Virus record (IMG/VR): IMGVR_UViG_3300029318_000034
Location: 1 to 36,058 of that record
Length of the DNA: 36,058 nucleotides
Reading direction: 5' to 3' (one strand)
DNA from: a virus
Taxonomy: Duplodnaviria; Caudoviricetes
This document shows, piece by piece, positions 20,701-29,700 of this stretch (position 1 is the stretch's first letter; the number at the start of each line of letters is the position of its first letter). The position numbers and the translations under genes were made by a program. The notes under the pieces are model-generated. The model worked only from the letters and a program-made list of their open reading frames with translations, ran no database searches and was not told where the DNA came from.

Positions 20701-23700
20701 ATTACTGTACCTTCAGAATCTGTACCATCGGCAACTGTAATAGAAACAAATCCACCTTCACCATCACCATTAATTGGTACACCATTATAAGTTCCAACTG
20801 CATATTCGGTTCCAGGTTCATTAATACTGATTCTTTCAATTTTTCTGGATGATTGAATACCAGTTATGATTGGAAGTTTTGCATAGAATCCACCACTATT
20901 AATGAGTCTAATATCACCAATAGAACCAACAGATTTTTTAGAACTTGTAGTATATGTGGTTTGTGTAATATTTGCATTTCCTTCAGGTTCATTTTGAAGG
21001 AGGAACTTAAATGTTACTGCCCCAGTGGTAATAGTTGCGCCAGCAATTTCAGTGATAGTAAATGTTCCAAGATAGGGGGAATCAACAATATCCAGATAAC
21101 TATTTTCATCAATTGGTGATGTGTCTCCTGTTCTAGAAGGATCAAAATAGTAAGAAATATTAGTAACAAAATCTCTATCTACCTTTAATTTAACTGTGGG
21201 TGTTGGTTGTCCCTCTCCAGTTACACCAGGAGTTCCAACTCGTTCAATAGAATTGAACGAATATTCCAACTTATACAGATTATCTTTAGAGAATGAAAGA
21301 TTGGAACCGACCATTGAAGAATGAGATACATCAAAAAGGTATTGATGTCCATAGTACATCTTCAATATAGGAGATTTGGCAAAGATATTAACATTGCCAG
21401 GAACAGTAGCAGGATTAGTTAATGCAGTAGAAGGCAACTTATAAGTAAATTCTTTATTACTTACAATAGTATTAATAACAAACGACCCATCGTACTCATC
21501 ATATGCAGTTGCGCCAATTTGTTGAGTAGGATTGCCATCAATAAAAACGTTATCTCCAATCGACAAATAATGTCTATTTCCAGTAATTACATATACTTCA
21601 TCTGTATTTGATACCGCAGTTGCTTGAAGAATTTTATCAAGTGTAGAAATAAGAGTTATTTTTGTTACACCTGTTAAGTTAGTAATTTGTGCTGTAGATT
21701 TGGCAGAATTAAACGAGATATCACTGGAAGTAATATCAACCACAGATCCAGGAATGAATGAAGAAGATCCAGAAATCTCAACAATTCTTACTTTATAGTC
21801 ATTAACATTAAATGGTTTAAATGTTGCGAACTCATCCAGATCACCGTTTCCAGTGCTGGCAGCAGTTTTATCTAAATTATAATCAGCAAGATCAAAATTA
21901 AATGTTCCTGGTGTAGTATTGACTTTATCGGCAAAAACATAATCGGTAATAACATTGACATCATTTGGTACATCACCAACAATACCATATGTACTCGATT
22001 CATTAAATTGTTCTGTTGAGAGTCTACCAGTGTTTAAATCATTCGACCAAGCATTGTTATTAACTGCAAGGTAAACTTTTTTATTATCCTTGTCTGTACG
22101 AATTACATATCCACTGTTAATAAATGCACCAGAAGTGTTATTCAGAACAAGTTTAGATCCAACAGTAATATTAAAATCTTGATTAATTGTCAATTCTTGA
22201 ATATTATCAATTTTGATAGTATTCGTTGTCTTCATGTAATAACGATTTTTCACAACTGCAGAAACTTTTAATTTTCTAGATCCTGGTGAAGGAACAGTTG
22301 CGGTTCTAGAACTCCACTCATCTACATTATATGTTAGTGACTCGCTATCAGGAGTCATCGTAATAGTAGCATCTTCAAAATCAAGACCCTGAAGACCTTG
22401 ACTACCTAAAGTAAATCCAGTATTTGTTACAGTCAATGAAGATCCCGTGACTGGAGTAACTGCAGTTCTTACAAATCCAAGTTGAGTATTGGTGTATGGT
22501 CCCTTACTACCAAGTCTATCAGAATCGGAATCTTTATCAGATTTCAATCCGAAACCAACATAATCAATATAATCATATCTCTTTAAATTATTAGTAAACC
22601 AAGCATCATCTGTCCAATCATAAGTAAGAGCAAATGTGTCCGTAGGAGGTAATGCATCAACATCTGAAGGAACTGTGGGAGTTACAGCACGATTTCTCAA
22701 TCTTAGATTATCAATGAATCCTTCTAATTGTTCATTGGAACGGAATTGACCTGTAGTAGTAGACTTACCAGGAATATTACCAATATGAAGATCTTTATTA
22801 CTCAAAGATGTATTAGCAATAGTAGCAGTGACAGCACTAATACCATTTACAAACGCAGTAAATACGTTTCCTTCTTTTTTGACTGCAATGAACTGCCAAG
22901 AATTATTAGCATACATTGTTGTAGCGGTGGATTGTGCAGCACCACTAGCAGAATTGATAGATGTTGTGTTATTTGTAACTACCAACTCTAATTTACCATT
23001 CGCATGATCGTAGTATAACCAAAGACCACCAGTGGCATCGGTTGCATCACCAATATTCAATAAAGTATATTGAGTTTGACTGTTAGATCTGTAATTAGAT
23101 CCATCTTTATACAGCATGAACTCAAGAGTCCAATCATCATTCAGTTTCGTTCCTAAAGATGCTGCTGGGACCTTAATAGCGCCATTTACCCAATCTCCCA
23201 CAGAAGATACTGTAGCAGCATCAAATGTCAGAGAAGCGCCGCCACCACCGCCTAGGCGTGCATCAGTAATAGTGAATGTTTCATTTACAGCATATCCAGA
23301 ACCAGGATTAACAATAGTAACTGTTGCTGCACCACTTCCATTAACTGCAACACTGAAGGTAGCTCCTGTACCAGAAGCATCTGTACTATAGTCACCAGTA
23401 CCAATAGTATATGTTCCTTCTGTTCTAGAAGAGTCTGCACCACTAACAGTATCAATTGTTAGGAGACGACCAGCAGTAGCATCTTTGCCAAGAATTTTTG
23501 CATAACCACCCTCATACTTAACAGAATCACTACCTGTTGCACTAAGAGTAGATAGGGTATAATGACCAGTTTTATCAGTAGCATCAGAAGCAAACTCACA
23601 AAGGAATTCATTTCTATTCCACTGAGTTTGACCAAATACGTATGGATCTCCAGAATTATCTACTGTAATAGCGTGAGCAGTGATACCTTCAATTCTAGTT

Positions 23701-26700
23701 TCATTAAAATTGTTGTTCGTATGCTTTTTAAGTTTACCATCATATCCAATTTTTACTGAATCGACAGTTTTTTGATTACTAGTAGTATTAGTTCTAGTAA
23801 AAGCAATATTCAAGTCTCCAAAAATATCGATTGTACTTCTTGAAGATAATTGAATATTGTTACCTGATGGTGTGAGATATCGATAGTTCCAAATTAAATC
23901 TCCAGAAGTATCTAATTTACCAACCCAAAAACTATCTTTAACGGTATTATCGGATTTTAATGCAAGAGAGGCAGAAATATAAAATTCATCAAATTCATCA
24001 ACTACCAAACTGGTATCTCTGAAGGAATAAGTCGTATTATTAATCTCTTTAATCCATTCAATTTCAATTACAGATGTTCCTACAATCGCTTTACCAAATG
24101 CAACTTTTGAATCTGCCGCACCATCAGTGGATGCAGTCTCCATAATGAAATATACTGCATCATTAAGCACAATGAGATCTGTAATTTTTTCTGATCCAGA
24201 AGCAGAAGAAATTTTTCTCTTTGCTGCAAAATCACCCGTAGAATCAACAGAAGCGATAAATGCATCTTGTGGATTTGCTGAATTGGTATTAGTAAATCCA
24301 CCAATGATATATCTTGTATCAGAATATCTTTCAATCGCGGTAATTTTATCTGATCTTGTAGAACCAGAAATACCAGCATAACCTTTTTGGAAACTTAAAG
24401 TTGCACTCAATCCATCGATTGCCTGCACATATTTCGCGAGAATAATGTCAGGATTATATGCATCAAGAGACTGAATATTTGGTTCATTTTGTCCAACTAC
24501 CCAAATATCATTTCCATTTACATTTAACTCTAAAAATTCAGTATAATTTTGTCCTACTGAACTTTCGAGAGTTTTCTCCCATTCTTTTACACCAAGTTCC
24601 GAGAATTTTGAAATAAAAGCAACCTCATCATTATTTGCATTAACAGTTTTGCCGCAAAAGAAAACTTCTTTTTGATCATTTACAAAAGCATCATTAATTT
24701 TAACATAATTTTCATGTTCAACTAATGAAACATAATAATTTGCCTTTTTAAATACTTGTGGATGTGAAAGAATGACGCGAGGATTAGAAGTATATCCAGA
24801 TCCAGCATTAACAATGTCAACAGTTGAAATAGAACCTGTACTAGATACATTTGCTCTCAATTCTGCAGATTCTCCGCCACCACCATCAATAATAATGGAT
24901 GGAGGAATTTCACTATCATATCCAGATCCAGTCTGGTCAATAATAACTTCCTCTACACCGTTTAATTGGCGTACAACGAAAGTTTTATTAGTTTCATCCA
25001 TTACAGGTGTATAATCAACATATACAGTATCATTCACAATCAGATTGTGAGGACTAGATGTTGTTAATACACCATAGAATTGATCTTGTACCGTTTCAAA
25101 CGTATAAGAACTTACCGTCTCTCCATTAATTCTAGAAACTCTAGCAGATACCCCGCTACCAGAAGTATCAGAATTATCAAAGACAAGAATATCATCAACC
25201 TGATAATTCTTACCAGCATCTTCAATAATAAATCCAGTTACAGAAGCATCTTCAAATTTAGTAGTTGTTTCAACTTCAATATCAACTTTAGAATCAAATT
25301 TAACTTTAGGGAAATAATCAAATAACTGAAGAGGAGACTCTTCAAATAATTGATCAGGATCATCAGTTTCATCCTGAGAAATTACACCGTCCCTATTCTC
25401 ATCTTCAATATCAAAAAGTAAAATATCACCATTTTCTGTTGTTAATGCATTTGTAGATGCATTGGGGGCTCTATCAACATCAATATCAACATTTTCATAA
25501 GGATCGCGATATCTAATAACACCAGTAGGAATATTCTGCTGAATTGAATCCTTATTCAGATTCCATGAATCAACAATAGAATTGAAATTGGGTCCAATTA
25601 CATATGGGAATACTGGATTGCCTGCTTCAGTATTGTCAATAGTGATAAAATAGCAATATCTTCCTTCTGGAAAATCTGGTGTTTTACAGAAACGACCATT
25701 ATACTGATCTAAATCACCCAATCCAAAAGAATATTCATAATCTTCAATAAAATTACCAGCAGATTCTTCAGAAAGTAATGGTCCAGCAGATCTGATTGGA
25801 TTTTGATTTGTTTCTGACTGAACTAATGTAGATTTTAATCTATAGGAAGTATTGAGTTTAACAACATTTGAAGATTGATCAGTTGGATCAGTATATCCAT
25901 ATGGACCATAAATTGGATTGCCATCAAATGCCCAACCAATAATAGGAGAGTGAGTAATTTGATCTTCCTGTTCTAAAACAACACCACTATTATTTTCAAA
26001 AAGATTATCACCAAGAATATATCTTAATCTCTGAGGATTTGAAATGTGTGCATATTCACCACCATATTGATTATTATATCCAGAAAATACAGAACCTTTA
26101 GAATTATCTAATGTTGTAGTCTTCTCAAGATTATAAGTCCACTCGAATACGTTTGGTGTAAACTTTGCTCCAGATCCAACAGAAGTAAGATTAATTATAG
26201 TTGTTCCTTGAATATAATTAATACCTCTATTAACAATTTCAATACTTGTTACTCTACCAGCATTTTCCCCATCAGTGTCAATAGTTGCACGAGCAACTGC
26301 ACCAAAACCATCACCTTGAATAGTAATCTCGGGAGCAGTTGTATATCCACTACCTGCAGAAATAATAGCAATAGAAATAATTCTACCATTACTCACGATT
26401 GCCTGAGCAACTGCTCCAGAACCAGAACTAAGTGATACAGTTGGATTTGAAGTATAAGATTCACCACCATTAGTAACTGTAACAGACTTAACAGGACCTC
26501 TGACAGAGGCTGTTGCTGTAGCACCAGATCCACCACCACCGACAATAGTAATTGTTGGTTGGGATGTATATCCTGTACCATTTGTATTCATAAGAATACT
26601 AGATACAACTCCCTTAGTAACAATTGCAGTTGCTGATGCACCACTTCCATTGCCACCAACAATAGAAACAAGAGGAGAAGAAGTATATCCACTACCACCA

Positions 26701-29700
26701 TCATTGACAATGATTTCGGTAATAGAACCATTAACAGTTACTGTACCAGTAGCACCAGATCCACCGCCACCAGAAATGGTAATATTTGGAGGAAATGCCG
26801 CATCATAATCAGATCCCGCATTATCAATGTTAATTGATGTAATAGGACCAAAAGTTTTTGTTATCGCAGATTTATATGACCAAATAGATGTTCCATTAAC
26901 CCAGGTTCCAATAGGACCAGGATTAATATTATTTTTAACTGAAATAGTTTGAGGTGCTAATGGAAATCTATTGAGTTTACGTTGATTTCCTGGAAGAAGT
27001 GCTGATCCAGGAAAAGGACCAATATTATAATTTGGAATACCAGTAGATGCCACATACACATAATTATCGTTAAAGAACGAATTTTGAATATTAGTTGTAT
27101 ATGGACCAATTGAATTTAAAACTGCAGTATCTGTAGATTTACCTTTATTCAAGTCAACAGACACTAAAATATTTCCTTGAGGAACAACCTCAGCAGATTG
27201 TGGAAGTTGATATTGGAATACTGTCTTACTATCGCGAGAGGTTACTAAGAATGTTCCATTGAAAAGAATTGGATTAGCGCCATAAATTGTTACTTGATCA
27301 CCAACTAAGAGACCATGATTATTTTCACATGTAACTGTAGCAAATCTATTGTCAACACCACCAAAGGTAATGCTGCTTACTTCAACGAGTTTTTTGACAT
27401 TGTATAACCAGGTTGTTAATTCTGGTTTAGCAGAAGTTCCTCCAAGTTTTGATACTGTAAGTTTATCGCCCGAAAGGTAATATGATCCCGTATCAGTTAA
27501 TGTTGTTTGTTGAGCATCGACAATACCAACAACACTCAAAACTACTTCTTGAGAAGTTCCTTTATTCACATAGACAAGGAAATTGGAAGTGACTTCAGTA
27601 GCAGAATCCCAATCTTCAACAATATTATTAACAGAACGAGTACATTCAATAAACTGATTAAGAGACTTTTCCTTATATTGAATGAGTTCCGAATTACCAA
27701 TTAAAAATTCACCATTTCTTTCTGGCCAACCAATGGTAGAGTCAACAGTAATGATACTATCAGTTGTATTAAGTGGTTCTGCAAGTTTTGTTTTATATGG
27801 AACTGCAAATGTACCTTGAATGGTTTCTTCAGAAAGTACAAGTTCATAAATATCTGTTTCTGAGGTTTTGATAGAAATAAAATTCTCAATCAAAGCACTA
27901 GCTGCTTTAATATTTGGATCTGCAATATCAGTGTCTTGAGTCAGTAATCCATCTTTAATATTAGTTGGATCACCACTGACCAAAGTGGCACGTAAAATTG
28001 TATCGATTGACCAAGTTGCGGCCGATGGTTTGGTAATTTGATCTTTTGGATAAGAAATAGATACATTCTCACCATAAAGAAGTTTGAATAAATACGAAAC
28101 ACTAAATGATGTACCTTTTGCCGAATAAAAATCTTTTACAGTCTTGATGGCATTTCTTACATCAATTTTTTTATAATCAAGTTCAGGAACATCAGGAAGA
28201 AACTGTTCTGTATATTTGTCTAAAAGTCTCTTGACAAATAATGAATCTAAACATTTAATTTCTGCATCCACTAATGCAGATTGTGCTGTGGTATTATTTG
28301 AAAATACAGCATTTCCACTCTCGGTATATTTGACAATACCACTGGATGCTCTAGAACACCCCACAAACTTAGATTTTTCATATCCCGAACCTTGATTGGA
28401 TACAGAAAAACCAGTAACTTCATTCAATCCAATAGTTGCAGAAGATTTAGCTTGAGGTGGATCTTGAATAATTACCGTTGGTGGATTTGTTTGAGAATAA
28501 CCACTACCAAAATTACTAATATTGATATCAGTAATTTTTCCATTAAAAACGGAAGCGTTTGCTACTGCACCTGTACCAGGATTATCTCCACTATCAACGA
28601 TATAAACTGATGGCACATCATCATATCCACTACCACCACTTAAAAGTTCAATAGAAACAACTCTTCCATTTGAATCTACAGTTGTTTCTAGAACTTGAGC
28701 ACCAACAGGATCGATAATAGCAACTCTGGGTGTTGTCGTATATCCTTGACCAGCATTAATAGTATTAATTGACGTAACAACACCATCAGTCAAAACTGCT
28801 TCAAATACAGCTTTTACAGGATTTGTTCCTAATGGTTCATCAACATAAACTTCGGGAATTGTAGTGTATCCCTGACCACCATCTAATACAGAAATAGTAC
28901 CAGAAATACTACCATTACTAAGAGTTACTCCACCGAGTTTTGCTCCACCTGGTTGTTTAAAAGAAACTCTAGGAGTAAAAGTATATCCACTACCAGAATT
29001 TTGTATATCAATTCTAGATACAGAACCATTTTCTACAACTGCCACCAAATCTGGTTGAACTGATTCTGCCGTAGTTGGAGATTCAATGACCACAGATGGT
29101 GGATTAGTATCACTATAACCCTTACCACCACCTAAAAGTGTGATACTTTTAATTCCATTAACAAGTGCTGAGGCAGTTGCTCCAGAACCATTTTCTCCAG
29201 TGATTGAAACTTTTGGTGGATATCTATATTCATATCCAGAACCATTATTAGAAATTTCAATAGAGGTCAGTTGTCCATCATCATCAATTCTAGAATAACC
29301 AATGGCACCCGAACCAAAAGTTGGAATGGGTGCTTCAATAGAAAGCACTGAAATGGATCTTCCATTTAATGGAGCGGTCTTAAAAATAAGAGTATTTCCA
29401 TCAGTAAAGAAATCTTTTTTGGGAATTAAAAGATCATTATCATATACAACTAACAGATATTCATCAGCAACTGGTTCATAAACATTACTATTTCTGAGTA
29501 ATTTAAATTCTTTCTTAAGATTACCAAAATCAGAAGAAATATCATCGATAGAAATGATATTGGATTCAATAAAACCACTCAAGAAAGTAATATATGTTTG
29601 AGATGCATCATCACCAAGAGATCTTGTTCTAGGAGCAGTTGTAAATACGATATTATCATTATCTACAGTATAATCTACATTAGGAATCAAAACTTCACCA

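Noticed and set aside
2505-23394. Shared module as a diversity-generating retroelement template/variable repeat pair
   Set aside because: Differences are not adenine-specific, both copies are coding and internal, and no reverse transcriptase gene is in the window.
6616-27889. Short alternative-frame minus-strand ORFs inside the 1375-aa gene and gp7
   Set aside because: Leu/Gln/Met-rich off-frame translations typical of AT-rich coding DNA; there is no independent evidence for them.
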